A stretch of 64,000 nucleotides of DNA from Octopus sinensis (lineage: Eukaryota). Shown piece by piece: positions 1 to 13,414 of the stretch. A model generated the notes under the pieces. That model was not told the origin of the DNA. It ran no database searches and saw nothing but the letters and a program-made list of their open reading frames with translations. A program made the translations under genes and the position numbers. The stretch is from assembly GCF_006345805.1 (NCBI RefSeq), contig NC_042999.1, forward strand, positions 153,388,001 through 153,452,000, read 5' to 3'. Positions within the stretch are counted from its first letter, which is position 1, and each line of letters begins with the position of its first letter.

Positions 1-9
1 TACCATCGT

Positions 10-97
10 ATCCCTCCCTCCCTCCATCCATCCATCCATCCATCCATCAATCCATCCATCCATCCATCCATCCATCCATCCATCCATCCATCCATCC

Positions 98-151
<54 letters not shown>

Positions 152-664
152 ATCTATCTATCTATCTCTCAATCTCTCTCCAGGGCATCCAAAATGTAAT
201 ATGATGCATATCAAATTATTATTTTTGTCTTTGTCTCTCTCTCTCTACTTTTCTCTCTCTCATTCTCTATTTCTCTCTCCCTCTCTCTCTCTCTCTCGCC
301 CGCTCGCTCGTTCTGCTTCTTTATCTGTATATCTATCTATTTTTCTATTTGTCAGTCTGCCTGTACATATGCATGTATATATGTATGTACCATGCATACA
401 GGTATGTAAGTATGTATGTGTGTATGTATGTATGTATGCATGTATGCATGTATGTATGTATGTATGTATGTATGCATGCATGTATGTATGTATGTATGTA
501 TGCATGTATGTATGTATGTATGCATGTATGTATGTATGCATGTATGTATGTATGCATGTATGTATGTATGTATGTATGCATGTATGTATGTAGTATGTAT
601 GTATGCATGTATGTATGTATTATGTATGTATGTATGTATGTATGTATGTATGTATGCATGTATG

Positions 665-697
<33 letters not shown>

Positions 698-700
698 TTG

Positions 701-734
<34 letters not shown>

Positions 735-898
735 TGTATGTATGTATGAATGCATGCGTGCGTGCATAGATGTATGTGTGTGTGTGTGTGTGTGTCTGTG
801 CGCGTATGCATCTGTTATTCACTTTCTCTCATTCTCTTCCTCTTTATTTCTATCTATCTATCTGGAAAATAATCTATTTAACCTATTTCTTTCAGAAT

Positions 899-945
<47 letters not shown>

Positions 946-1030
946 AATACACAGGAACACACACATTCACGCACTCACATACACACACACACACATATTC
1001 ACTCACCCACATATACACACATACACGTGT
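10..1030. repeat. Compound microsatellites (TCCA)n, (TCTA)n, (CT)n, (TATG)n, (CA)n
   Basis: Directly visible; similar tracts at 1869-2130, 9375-9450, 9700-9980, 13200-13450, 14380-14880, 18295-18660, 29905-30120, 32130-32390, 34480-34890, 62060-62390. Confidence 0.98.
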
Positions 1031-1298
1031 TAATGCACAAATAAAGAATATTTATCCACCAAATGCGGTGTTGAGCTCTCGTTCTTACTATTCGATGCTG
1101 GTGAGTTTACGTCCCTGTAACTTAGCGGTTCGGCAATAGAGACCGATAAAATAAGTACTATGCTTACAAAGAATATGTCCTCGGGTTGATTTCTTCGACT
1201 AAAAAGCGGTGCTCCAGCATGGCTGCAGTCAAATGACTGAAACAAATAGAAGAATACATACATTCATTCATACATACATACATACATACATACATACA

Positions 1299-1328
<30 letters not shown>

Positions 1329-1329
<1 letters not shown>

Positions 1330-1868
1330 CCGTCGGAAAGATAATCCCGAGGACAAAGAAATAAGAACCCGCAGTATGGTAGAAGCCATAGCTACTCATA
1401 ATAACAAGGAATACTGGTGTAATATCTCAGTGAAGACCTCAATGAAATGTAAGCACAAGAGACCTGATATAATGATTTGGGATTGAGAAGAGAAACTGTG
1501 CACAGCTTTGGCAATTAGCTGCCTAGTGGGTGTTGACATAAAGCTGAAGATCAGTGAAAAAGAGAGCACTTGTGCTGAACTATTGTGAAGTCTGAAGTTA
1601 CTCTCTATCCGGATTACAAGTTCAAGCTTTTACCTGTAATTATTGATATCCTGGGATATGTAACAAACTGCCTAAATACCAATCTTGAGAAACTAGGCTT
1701 CTCGAAATTAAAAAAGAGAAAGCTAATTCGAAGACTAGAGATCCAATAAATCACCGGAACTGTAAAAATCTGTAAGACTTTCCAGAAGTTTATCATTTAA
1801 ATATATATGAGCATGTCTAGACATGCAACTATATGGATGGGAAAACACACATAAAATATACAAATCTG
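1329..1868 (+). mobile_element. 3' end of an R4/Dong-clade non-LTR retrotransposon (decayed restriction-like endonuclease domain plus 3' UTR)
   Basis: Translation EYWCNISVKTSMKCKHKRPDIMIWD*EEKLCT..ISC..K..EK..LLPVIIDILG resembles the RPD..D..E..K REL domain; stops and frameshifts present; flanked on both sides by (CATA)n. A related fragment is at about 27801-27870. Confidence 0.7.
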
Positions 1869-2770
1869 CACATACATACATACATACATACATACATACA
1901 TACATACATACATACATACATACATACATACATGCATACATACATACATACATACATACACACACACATGTATACATACATGCATGCGTACGTACATACA
2001 TACGTACGTACGTACGTACATTCATACATACGTACATGCATACATACATTCATACATACATACGTACATACATTCGTGCATGCCTACATATATACATACA
2101 TGCATACATACAAACATACATACATACATGTGTAGGTATGTGCTTGTGTGCGTGTGTGTTTATGTATAGGGTAAAAGGCGCCCTACACCTGCGAAATAAG
2201 CGTAAGACCACCCAGCCTGGCAAAGCTGTTCCAATAGTGTTGTAACCTCCTACGAGCCATAAAGGATTGCAGGGGCATATAGAAAAGGCAAAGTGCGCAA
2301 GTCCAGACCCAACTTCTCGCCTTCACTCCCAGAAGTCCACTTGTGCCCGCCCTGCAGCAAAAACCCTCCGAGGACGCGTCAAACCGATTGGCCACGGCCG
2401 GACACATCGTGCTCCATTTTATTCTCCCATGTGATGCCCTTAGTCATCGTCGACAACGACAGACGAACTGCTGACGGTTAAAAGAATGTTTTAGCACACT
2501 CAGGGATGAACCCGAAACCTATTTTGCGAATCAAAACTTCTTTAACACTACGTCCATAACAACAAAATGAAAACCACAACAACTGGCACAGTTGAACACT
2601 CTCAACGCCAAAACATCACCACAACCACTACCACCACCACCACCATCATTGCCAGTACTACCATCACCACCACCACCACCATCACCATCAACACCATCAC
2701 CACCGGTCCACTGTCTCTACGACCATCATTAATGGCATAACCAATGAGCTTGCTGTATATATAAAATCGT

Positions 2771-2801
<31 letters not shown>

Positions 2802-3506
2802 GTACTTATTTAGATATAAAGATATGACCGTATGTATAGACATGTTTGCGACATCAGTGAAATATTTTGTTGCAGGATTTTAGAAATTGGAAAATATGCA
2901 ATTGTAGCAGCAGCAGCAGTCGCAGCAGCAGCAGTCGCAGCAGCAGCAATAGTAGTTGTAGTAGTAGTAGTAGTAAGTAGTAGTAGTAGTAGTCTCAAGT
3001 CGACTCTGGCATAGTAAATGAACTAATGACGTTACAGCCAGGGCCATCCCGTCTTCTACAAAATTGATGTGTCCTTCCCTTCTTTTATTTTAAAGAAAGC
3101 ATGATCGGAATAAAGGAAGGCTTTGCTGCTATTTCTTGTAAGCCGAGCATCCACGAAGAAGTTACGTTGTTTAATGATGGTGATGTTAGTGGCGTTTCGG
3201 ACGATGTTGGTGCTGGTGGTGTAGGTGATAGCAGTTGTGGTGTTGGTGGTAGTGGTTGTAATAGTAGTGTTGGTGTTGGTGTTGGCGGTGATGGTGTTGA
3301 GGGTGAGTTGGTATCGATGGCTTTGATAGTGTTGTGCTAGTCTTACCGACAATCCGGTGATGGTGGTGGTGGCGTTGGCATTAATTAGGGTTTCAAATTT
3401 TGGCACATGGCCAGCAATTTCGGCGGTGAGAGATAAGTCGATTACATCGACCCCAATGTTACACCGATACTTACGTCATCGATCCCGCAAAAATGAAAGG
3501 TAAAAA

Positions 3507-4083
3507 AGGTGGCGAGCTAGCAGAAACGTTAGCCTGCTGGGCGAAATGCTTAGTGGTATTTCTTCTGTCGTTACGTTGTGAGTTCAAATTCCGCCGAGGT
3601 CAACTTTGCCTTTCATCCTTTCGGGGTCGATAAATTAAGTACCAGTTACGCTCTGGGGTCGATATAATCGACTTAATACCTATGTCTGTCCTTGTTTGTC
3701 CCCTCTATGTTTAGCCCCTTGTGGGTAATAAAGAAATAGGTATTTCTTCTGTCGTTACGTTGTGAGTTCAAATTCGCCGAGGTCGACTTTGCCTTTCATC
3801 CTTCGGATTCGATAAATTAAGTATCAAGTACGCACTGGGGTCGATATAATCGACTTAATTCCTTTGTCTGTCCTTGTTTATATTCTCTGTGTTTAGCCCC
3901 TGTGGGGGGTAGTAAAGAAATAACGTACGTTCTAGTTCAAATCCGCCAATGACTTGCTTTTCATTTCGGTGTCGATAAATAAGTACCGTTACGCACTGGG
4001 GTCGATGTAATCGACTTAATCCCTTGTCTGTCCTTGTTTGTCCCCTCTATGTTTAGCCCCTTGTGGGCAATAAAGAAATAAGA
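3507..4083 (+). mobile_element. Head-to-tail multimer of tRNA-derived SINE family B
   Basis: Three partial units of GGCGAGCT.GCAGAAACGTTAG..GAGTTCAAATTC (B box)..GCCTTTCATCCTTTCGGGGTCGATAAA (Meta-SINE-like core)..GCCCCTTGTGGG.AATAAAGAAATA. Confidence 0.85.
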
Positions 4084-4332
4084 ATGAAAGGTAAAATCGA
4101 CCACGGCCAAATCTGTGTTTGTATTAATATTGATTTCAATTTTTAGCACAAGGCCAGCAGTTTTGGGGGATGGGGTACGCCAAGTAAACCGGACCCTGTA
4201 CTCAACTAGTATTTATTTTATCAACAATGAAAGGATGAAAGGCAAGATCTGCCTCAGAACGTAAAAACGGACGAAATACCGCTAAGTATTTGGTCCGGCG
4301 TGCCAACAATTCTGCCAGCTCGCCACCTTAAT

Positions 4333-4618
4333 GTGTTGTTTGTTCCTTCTCGAGGCACACCTGGCTCATAAGGGTCGGTTTCCCGGTTTCCTTGGCGTAT
4401 AGGTTCCCCACCTGGACGGGACGCTGGTCCGTCGCAGGTGGGCTGCAAGATGCAGTAGGCAAGAGTGAGAGAAAGTTGTGGCGAAAGAGTCAGCAGAAGT
4501 TCCGCAGAAGATGTGTGTGTTTCGCTCATAAACACACACATCGCCCGGTCTGAGATTCGAACCCGCGAACCCTCGACCGCGAGACTGCTGCTCTAACCAC
4601 TAGGCCATGTGCTTCCAC
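4333..4618 (-). mobile_element. tRNA-derived SINE family C variant
   Basis: Minus-strand head GGAAGCACATGGCCTAGTGGTTAGAGCAGC..GGTTCGAATC (A and B boxes); homologous to 41444-41719. Confidence 0.8.
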
Positions 4619-4927
4619 ACCTTAACTTTCCGGACAACCCAATATATGTGTACTTCACAAATACACCTAACCTTAGCGTAGTTCTCTTGGAGATTCAGCG
4701 TGACAGAATGTGATACAAGTGGCCGTTTGAAATACAAGTGCACCTCGTTTTTGCCAGCTGAGTGGACTGGAGCAACGTGAAATGAAGAGTCTTGCTCAAG
4801 AACACAACGTGCCATCAAGAATACAGACTCACAACTTTCCGATCGTGAATGGGAATCCCTAACCACAAAGCCACGTGACTTAAAACAGACACACACACAC
4901 ACACCAAACACACACACACACACACAA

Positions 4928-4973
<46 letters not shown>

Positions 4974-5303
4974 GCATACGCACACATAGATATATCCACA
5001 ATAACCATGAGGATATACGCGTGAATATGTACATATATGTATGCATATTGTTGACCTCATAAGAATTTTAAAACATTCGAGGGAACGTGAAATAATTAAT
5101 AATTGGAACAGCGGATCTCGATGCACGTAAACCTATAAATGATGACGCGTAAATATCAAAAGGATTTGTTTCCAACCCAATATTTACCTGTTGTTATTTA
5201 TAGCTTTAAGTGATGTGCTTCGAGATACACCAACATTTCAAAACACTTAAACACACACACCACCACCACCACCACCACTCTTTTTTCCGTGTAGTCGCTC
5301 TGT

Positions 5304-5737
5304 TACTCTTTTACTTGTTTCAGTCATTTGACTGTGGCCATGCTGGAGCACCGCCTTTAGTCGAGCAAATCGACCCCAGGAATTATTCTTTGTAAGCCTA
5401 GTACTTATTCTATCGGTTTTTTTTTTTGCCGAACCACTAAGTTACGGTGATGTAAACACACCAGCAAAGGGGACAAACACAGACACGCTGAGGGGACAAA
5501 CACAGACACGCAAACACACACACACATACACACACACACACACCACACACACATATATATATATACATATATACGACGGGCTTCTTTCGGTTTCCGTCTA
5601 CCAAATCCACTCACAAGGCATTGGTCGACCTGAGGCTATAGTAGAAGACGCTTGCCCAAAGTGCCACGCAGTGGGACTGAACCCGGAACCATGTGGTTCG
5701 TAAACAAGCTACTTACCACACACCCACTCCTACGCCT
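5304..5737 (-). mobile_element. tRNA-derived SINE family A, full length with internal microsatellite
   Basis: Head AGGCGTAGGAGTGG.TGTGTGGTAAG..GGTTCAGTCCC, central (TA)n(TG)n, tail GCTCCAGCATGGCC.CAGTCAAATGACTGAAACAAGTAAAAGAG. About 20 full or partial copies occur in the window (e.g. 6645-7082, 14920-15085, 15355-15670, 22685-22890, 24968-25845, 27355-27700, 30482-30640). Confidence 0.9.
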
Positions 5738-6161
5738 GCAATATCATATTCCACATAGTATCCACCACAGGCGATCCTAACCAAAATTATTCCCGATAAA
5801 ATATATATCATTGGCTCTTTATGCGTTTTTTTCCTACTAAAAATGCACATTAAAAGTGCAACATTTTCTGCTTCTTTATCTCCGACCACCATTTTTTTTT
5901 TTATATTTGAATATACATTTTTTGTAAATTTATTTATTTGTTTGTTTATTTTTGAGTTTGATTATCGAAGACACGAAAACTGCGTCTCCCCAGAGAGAAG
6001 AGCTCTCCTCGATAAAATTACGTTCGGCTGAGTGGACAGAGAAATTGAGGACAGTCACGTATTTGTGTGCGTGGTGTGTGTGTGTGTGTGTGTATTTTGA
6101 GGGGTGGTTCACAGGTCAGCTAAATGGTAGTTAGGGGTGAGTTAGGGACGTAGCAAAGACA

Positions 6162-6230
<69 letters not shown>

Positions 6231-6359
6231 CCCCGCCGACCGTTTTCTGCAGTTCCTTTGATCATGTGGCAGCAAATTTGGCGTTAATCATCGTTTAATG
6301 CATTGACTTCTACACACACACACACACATCCATATATATATATGTGTGTGTGTGTGTGT

Positions 6360-6399
<40 letters not shown>

Positions 6400-6403
6400 C
6401 GTG

Positions 6404-6620
6404 TGAGGGGGTGCTGAAAAATTCCTGGCTTTGGATAAAAGAAAGTACAGGAGGATCAGTTAATTATGATTTTATTTAACATATTTCCCTCTCAGATTTA
6501 CACACTTATTGCAGCAGTCCTTCAGTTTTTCTAAGCCCTGTAGAAGAACTTGGAAGGATGGGCCTTCAGCCAGGCCTTTAATGATATCCTTAAAGCAAGG
6601 AACTTTTCAGTGTCCCCTTG
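6404..6620. mobile_element. Mariner-like MITE
   Basis: Imperfect TIRs GAGGGGGTGCTGAAAAATTCCTGGCTTT / AAAGCAAGGAACTTTTCAGTGTCCCCTTG followed by TA. Confidence 0.7.
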
Positions 6621-8410
6621 TATATGTATATATATATATTGACACTTTTGTTTCAGTCATTTGACTGTGGCCATGCTGGAGCACCGCCTTTAGTCGCCCA
6701 AATCGACCCCAGGACTTATTTTTTGTAAGCCTAGTACTTATTCTATCGGTCTGTTTTGCCGAACCGCTAAGTTACGGGGACGTAAACACACCAGCATCGG
6801 TTGTCAAGCGATGTGGGGGGGAACAAGACACAAACACACACAACACCACACACACACAACGCACACACCACACACCACACACACATATATATATATATAT
6901 ATATAATTATACATATATACGACGGTCTTCTTTCAGTTTCCGTCTATCAAATCCACTCACAAGGCTTTGGTCGGCCCGAGGCTATAGTAGAAGACACTTG
7001 CCCAAGGTGCCACGCAGTGGACTGAACCTGGAACCATGTGGTTGGTAAGCAAGCTACTTACCACACAGCCACTCCTACGCCTTACATGCATACATACATA
7101 TGACGGGATACAATAGGCTTCTTTCAGTTTCTGTCTACCAAAATCCACTCTCATGGCTTTGGTCGACCCGAGTTAATTGTAGAAGACGCTTGCCAAAAGT
7201 GCCATGCAGTGGGACTGAACCTGGAACCATATGATTGAGAAGCAGACATTTTTCCACACAGCCATATATATCTTATTGGGAAAGGTGAATTTCGAAGCAG
7301 ATAAAACTATATACAACAGCGTGTAAATATTGGATTTTTTAAAAAAAAGCCAGTTGAATAGAAAAAGTCACGGGCTGCCCGTGGGACACCAAGTCCACAT
7401 CTTCTGTTAGTATGACGGACGTACTACCACTTGACCAAAACATTTATTTGTATTTTATACTCTATTTTAGAAACTTGATCCTTTCCAGCGAGAACTGTAT
7501 GTCGTTGAAGTCATTAGCGTTCAAGATATTCTTTTATTCTTTTATTCTTTTATTTGTTTCAGTCATTTGACTGCGGTCATGCTGGAGCACTGCCTTTAGT
7601 CGAACAAATGGACTTATTCTTTGTAAGCCTAGTACTTATTCCATCGTCCTCTTTTACCGAACCGCTAGGTTACGGGGACGTAAACACATATAAACATTTG
7701 GTAGAAAGAAGCCCATAGTATATGTGTGTGTGTTTGTATGTGCGCGCGTGTGTGTGTTTGTGTGCGCGTGTGTATGCGTGTGTTTGTATCTGTGTTTCTC
7801 CTCTCACCTTCGCTTGACAACCGATGTTGGTGTGTTTACGCCCTTGTCGCCTAGCGTCTCGGCAAAAGAAACCGAAAGAATAAGTACTAGGCTTACAAAG
7901 AACAAGTCCTGGGGTCAATTTCTTCGACTTAAAGGTGCTGCTTTAGCATGGCCGCAGTCAATTGACTGAAACAAGTAAAAGAATAAAATAAAATAATGTC
8001 AATATTGATGGAATGCAAAAATGAGGCGGCGGTTACAACCATCGTTATGGCACCGGTTAAATGCTTGGCGGTATTTCGTATATCTTTACGTTCTGCGTTC
8101 AAATACCACTGAGGCCGAATTTACCTTTCATCCTTTCGGGGTTGAAGAAATAAGTATCAGTCGAGCACTGTGGATCGATGAAATTGACTATTCCCCTCTC
8201 TCCCAAATTCCAGGCCTTGTACCTATAGTAAAAATTATTACTATGCTCCATGTGATTATATCCTTCCGTGTTCGATCTACAGAACGAAGTACCAGTCGTA
8301 CTGAGCTCGATATAATCGTGTGGGTCCCCCACCCACCCCAACTACTAAATTTCTGTCCCTTTGGTTTATGTAAGAAACCTTTATTATTGCTATACTCTTT
8401 ACTGCCCAGC

Positions 8411-8991
8411 TTATTACTTCCGCCTTAACGAAGGCAGAGGTATTGTTTTCAGTCGTGTTTGTTTGCTTGTCTGTCCGTGGACAAGATATCTCAAGAACCA
8501 CTGGATGGATCCGGATGAAACTTTCAAAGATGTCTGGTCACGTGACTGGCACAAACTGATTGAATTTTGGGATCGATCTGGTATCGGACAAAAATTCTGG
8601 ATTATTTGTTATATTTACGTTACATGATTACGATCTTACGTTAACTTTCAAGTCTTTCTCAGTTATCTCCCTGTAATTATTTTGAATGGTGAATTTGTTA
8701 ACTTTGGCTTGTGTTAGATGTGGATGAACTATTTATTACAGTTACTAAATCTTCTACATTTACCTTCACATTCTATGACTACCATTGGGATCGATCAAGT
8801 ACCGGACAAGGATTCTGGATTATTTTCCCGCTTTTTTTTTTTACTTAATTTTTGAGAGCGATTGGGTTCGTTTTTAGTATTCTCGTTTGTGTCAAGTTTA
8901 TTTCAGACATTCTCATTTTAAAAATCATCTCTGGCTGAGAGGACGTTGGTGTTGCCTTGGCGGAGGTTTGCGCTCTCTCAGTGCTCTTGTT
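8411..8991 (+). mobile_element. Helentron-associated (DINE-1/HINE-like) non-autonomous element
   Basis: 5' subTIR TACTTCCGCC with nearby inverted copy GGCAGAGGTA, then (TGTT/TGTC)n microsatellite; 3' subTIR GGCGGAGGT followed by a short stem-loop GCGCT-CTCTC-AGTGC and TT. Confidence 0.7.
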
Positions 8992-9074
8992 TCAAATTAT
9001 TTTTCTGTGATTACTATGCTTCAGCTACATTAATATCCATTTGCTCCTTATTGCAATCCTTTAAGACGTTTTAC

Positions 9075-9325
9075 GTGGAGGCGCGTGGCTTAGTGGTTAG
9101 GGTGTCAGCATCATGATCGTAAGATTGTGGTTTCGATTCCTGGACCGGACGACGCGTTGTGTTCTTGAGCAAAACACTTCATTTCACGTTGCTCCAGTCA
9201 AACTCAGCTGGCAAAAATGAGTAATGCGTCCCGTCCAGCTGGGGAACACATACGCCATAGAAACCGGGAAACCGGGCCCTTATGAGCCTGGCTAGGCTTT
9301 AAAAGGGCGCATTTATTTATTTTTA
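9075..9325 (+). mobile_element. tRNA-derived SINE (family C-related) with 14-bp TSD
   Basis: A box TGGCTTAGTGG, B box GTTTCGATTCC, (TTTA)n tail; TSD TTAAGACGTTTTAC at 9061-9074 and 9326-9339. Confidence 0.88.
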
Positions 9326-9374
9326 TTAAGACGTTTTACATACGACGTGATAGCGTAAGGATACCAATACACTA

Positions 9375-9451
<77 letters not shown>

Positions 9452-9710
9452 TGAATTAATATTAAAGGTTTACTGTATGCGTAAATGGATTTTTATAAAG
9501 CTGAAGCATAGCTGAGAATTGGTTAACAGCTGGTGCCTTGTGTGTGTGTGTGTGTGTGCAGCATGCGTGGAAGTGTACGGTTGTTTGTGTATGTTGATGA
9601 TTGACATTGTAAAGGATGGAGTGCTGATGGAACCGATATGTAAGACAGAGAGCGAGCGAGAGAGAGATAGAGAGAGGCAGGCAGATAGATAGTGTAATAG
9701 AAATAGATAG

Positions 9711-9741
<31 letters not shown>

Positions 9742-9816
9742 GATAGACAGACAGACAGATAAATAGATAGACAGACAGACAGATAGATAGATAGATAGAT
9801 AGATAGACAGGCAGAC

Positions 9817-9879
<63 letters not shown>

Positions 9880-9892
9880 TAGATAGATAGAA

Positions 9893-9957
<65 letters not shown>

Positions 9958-10822
9958 CAGATAGATAGATAGATAGACAGATAAAATACAGTGTACATTT
10001 AAACACATTAAAAGGTTTCCATCATAGGAATCCCTTACGCTAGAAGGAATAGCCAAAGTCCAAACTACTAATTAGTCTGTCTGTCTGTTTGTCTGTCCCT
10101 CTGCCTGTCTGTACGTATGTGCGTATGTATGTACGTATGTATGTATGTATGTATGTATGTATGTTTGTATGTATGTATGTATGCGTATATATTTGTATGT
10201 GTGTGTGTAAACTTGCGCACGCGCACACACACACACACGCTCACACACACATATATATATATATGTATATATGCATATCAATGAATGTGTGTTTGTGTGT
10301 GGAGAAATAGAGAGGCAGGGAGAGAGAGAGAGCGAGAGAGTGAAAGAAACTGAAAAGGAGAGTGAGAGAGTGAGAGAGAGATGGCGAGAAAGAAAAAGAA
10401 AGGGAGAGAAAGAAGGAGAGAGAGAGAGGGCGGGAGGGGGGAGAGAGAGACAGACAGACAATCAGACAGACAGACAGACACCAGACACATAAAGATGGCT
10501 AAGATAGACAAAGCGGGTAAGTATTGGGTGAGAGTGAAAGAGCGAGGTGGGGGGTTGGTTGGAGGAAGAGAGGGAATGAATAGAAGAGGTGAGTTGATTG
10601 ATGAAGCTTCGAGGTGACGGTCACGGGCCATTGCACCTGTATAGACTCGTCAGTGATGGTCACGATGATAAGGTAGAAGCTAAGTGTCATTTCACCAGCT
10701 GTCCACAATAATTCCAGTCGGTTTCAATCACAAACATCAAGAATAGCTACTAGAGGCTGGCTGGCTCTTAACACATGATTGTCTTGGCGTTCACACACAC
10801 ACACACACACATGTATACACAG

Positions 10823-10853
<31 letters not shown>

Positions 10854-10959
10854 ACACACACACACGCACACATGTACACACACACACAAACACACACACA
10901 CACACACATATACGCAGATATACATCGTACAAAAATAGATAGACAGATAGATAGATAGA

Positions 10960-11240
10960 TAAGTTTCTTTATTGGCCACACTGGGCTGCACACAGATGGG
11001 ACAAGTTACGAGGTAGAGCTTTTCTTTTGGGGGATGAAAAAAACAAAAAACAAAAGAAACAAAAAAAAAATGGTGGCGTAGGTTTTCGATCAAAAGGGAT
11101 CGTAAAAGGGAAAAAAAGAACAAAAAATAAAATTGAAAAAAGAAAAAAAGGAAAAGGAACAAAAGAAAAGAGAAATGAAAAAAAGAAGAAAAAAGGGGAA
11201 AAAAGGGTAAGAGAAAAAAACGATCAATAGGGATCGTAGA
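10960..11240 (-). mobile_element. Probable LINE 3' UTR fragment inserted in (GATA)n
   Basis: Terminal ~45 bp TTTCTTTATTGGCCACACTGGGCTGCACACAGATGGGACAA is homologous to the SINE family B tail; pyrimidine-rich body on the minus strand; (GATA)n on both sides. Confidence 0.5.
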
Positions 11241-11265
11241 TAGATAGATACACGGACAGATAGGC

Positions 11266-11379
<114 letters not shown>

Positions 11380-11564
11380 GCTTATATATATGTATATATA
11401 GATATATGCCTATATGGGCTATCAAATGATCGTATTGACATTTACACATACACACGTCACATGCTTATATACATGTATGCATAAATATATAATCACACAC
11501 ATGTTATGCGCGTGTATATATATGTGGTGTGTGTGTGTGTGTGTGTGTGGTGTGTGTGTGTGTG

Positions 11565-12555
11565 TACAAGGTTCATTCCAGAAGTTTTGAGACTTCTTCG
11601 AGGGAGACATACATTTATCTTGAATAAGTACAAAACTGTAATTCTCAAAAATGGATGTTCTGGATTCCTGTGCACATTTGCCGTAGGGTTTCAGGCACAT
11701 CATGAAGGCCCTACGGAAATCCTCAAAGTGAATGTTTCTAGGATCATTTTCACAGCCTCCTTCATCTTCTCGATGCCATTAAAACAACTACCCCTGCGGT
11801 TCTTCTTCAGCCTGGGGAACAACTAAAAGTCTTGAGGGAGCAGGATGTAGGGACTGTAGGGATGGTTTTGGTACCCATTTCTCTCAAATAGCTGGTTGCC
11901 AAGATGGAGTTGTGCCTTGTCTTGGTGCAGGTGCCACCGACCCGGATGAATGAGCTCTGTCCTTTTGGGACGAAATACTTTCCTGAACTCTCTCAAAACC
12001 TCCAACAAATTACTCTGTTGACCGTCTGGCCAGAGCGGACCTTGTGAATGCAGATGATGTCCTTACTCTCGAAAAACGGATTTTCATGAACTTACCAGTG
12101 AATTTGCTTTGACTGACTTTCTTGGGACTGGTGAAACCAAGATGCTTCCAATGGGCATTCTGTCTCTAGGTCACTAGAAACTCAAGTAATCTTGGTTTAG
12201 AAGTAAGCAACTCACCCACCTCCCTGCTGTCACCAAAGCATCTTTCCTTCCGTCCGTCACTGATCATCTTGGGAACAAGCTTCGCACAAATTGTGCACAT
12301 GCTCAGTTCTTCATGAATAATTATGTGTACAGTTGCCATACCAACCTCAAACTGTATACTTATTGTCATTGTAAACACACGACTGTCTTCATCCAAAAAG
12401 TTGCGAATTTTCCTAACCATATTCTGACATTCCTTCTTCCTCCCACATCACTCATCGTGTCTCACCTCCTCTTCTCTACCACACTTGAACCTCCGTAAGC
12501 AATCTGGTGCTTTTCATCAGTTTCTTTGGCGTTTTTGCCCAGTTTAATACAAAAA
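11565..12555 (-). mobile_element. Decayed mariner (Tc1/mariner) transposon
   Basis: Fragments EDSRVFTMTISIQFEVGMATVHIIIHEEL..ICAKLVPKMI (HTH plus WVP-like linker) and WHLHQDKA..HPYSPYILLPQDF (HDNA and YSPDLAP.DF-like); TA + CAAGGTTCATTCCAGAAGTTTTGAGACT ITR-like end at 11565. Confidence 0.85.
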
Positions 12556-12612
12556 ATTATTGCATAAGGAGCTTCGTACTGCTATATGTGCATAATATAT
12601 ATGCATATATAT

Positions 12613-12842
12613 GCGGCGAGCTGGCCGAAACGTTAGCACGCCGGGCAAAATGCGTAGCCGTATTTCGTCTGTCGTCACGTTCCGAGTTCAAATTCCGCCG
12701 AGGTCGACTTTGCCTTTCATCTTTTCGGGGTCGATAAATTAAGTGCCAGTTACGCACTGGGGTCGATGTAATCGACTTAATAAATTTGTCTGTCCTTGTT
12801 TGTTCCCTCTGTGTTTAGCCCCTTGTGGGTAGTAAAGAAATA
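12613..12842 (+). mobile_element. SINE family B, full length
   Basis: GCGGCGAGCTGGCCGAAACGTTAGCACG head through GGGTAGTAAAGAAATA tail. Confidence 0.9.
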
Positions 12843-13220
12843 TATATATATATGCATAATTCTTTGTCTGTTGTATTTCTATAATGTCTTGTTTCTTTCT
12901 GTCTTAGTATACATTCGGTAGATTTTTGCCCAGTAGCTTAATAACTGCACTTGCACCTCCAAGATTGAGTGGCCTCAATGGTAATGGCGCGAAACCACTG
13001 TGATATTTTGGGTCATTGACTGACGAGGAAAACTCACCTGCGAATGTTCCGCGTATCGTGTCTTTGACTAAATTTCTTGTCCGTTAAGTTTCCGTCTATT
13101 TCCGTTGTGCTTCTCTTTCGTCTAACTTTTTCTCCTTGTGTTTTGTCTATTCAACCCTTGATAATCCATGTAGCGCCACGCACACCCTGTTTATTTACTA
13201 TATATATATATATAATATAT

Positions 13221-13271
<51 letters not shown>

Positions 13272-13284
13272 TATATATATAATC

Positions 13285-13315
<31 letters not shown>

Positions 13316-13325
13316 ATATATATAT

Positions 13326-13380
<55 letters not shown>

Positions 13381-13382
13381 TA

Positions 13383-13414
<32 letters not shown>

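Noticed and set aside
201-2245. Long ORFs of MYVC/HTYI type here and at 9.4-10 kb, 14.3-15 kb, 32 kb, 34.4 kb, 62 kb
   Set aside because: Stop-free translations of microsatellites.
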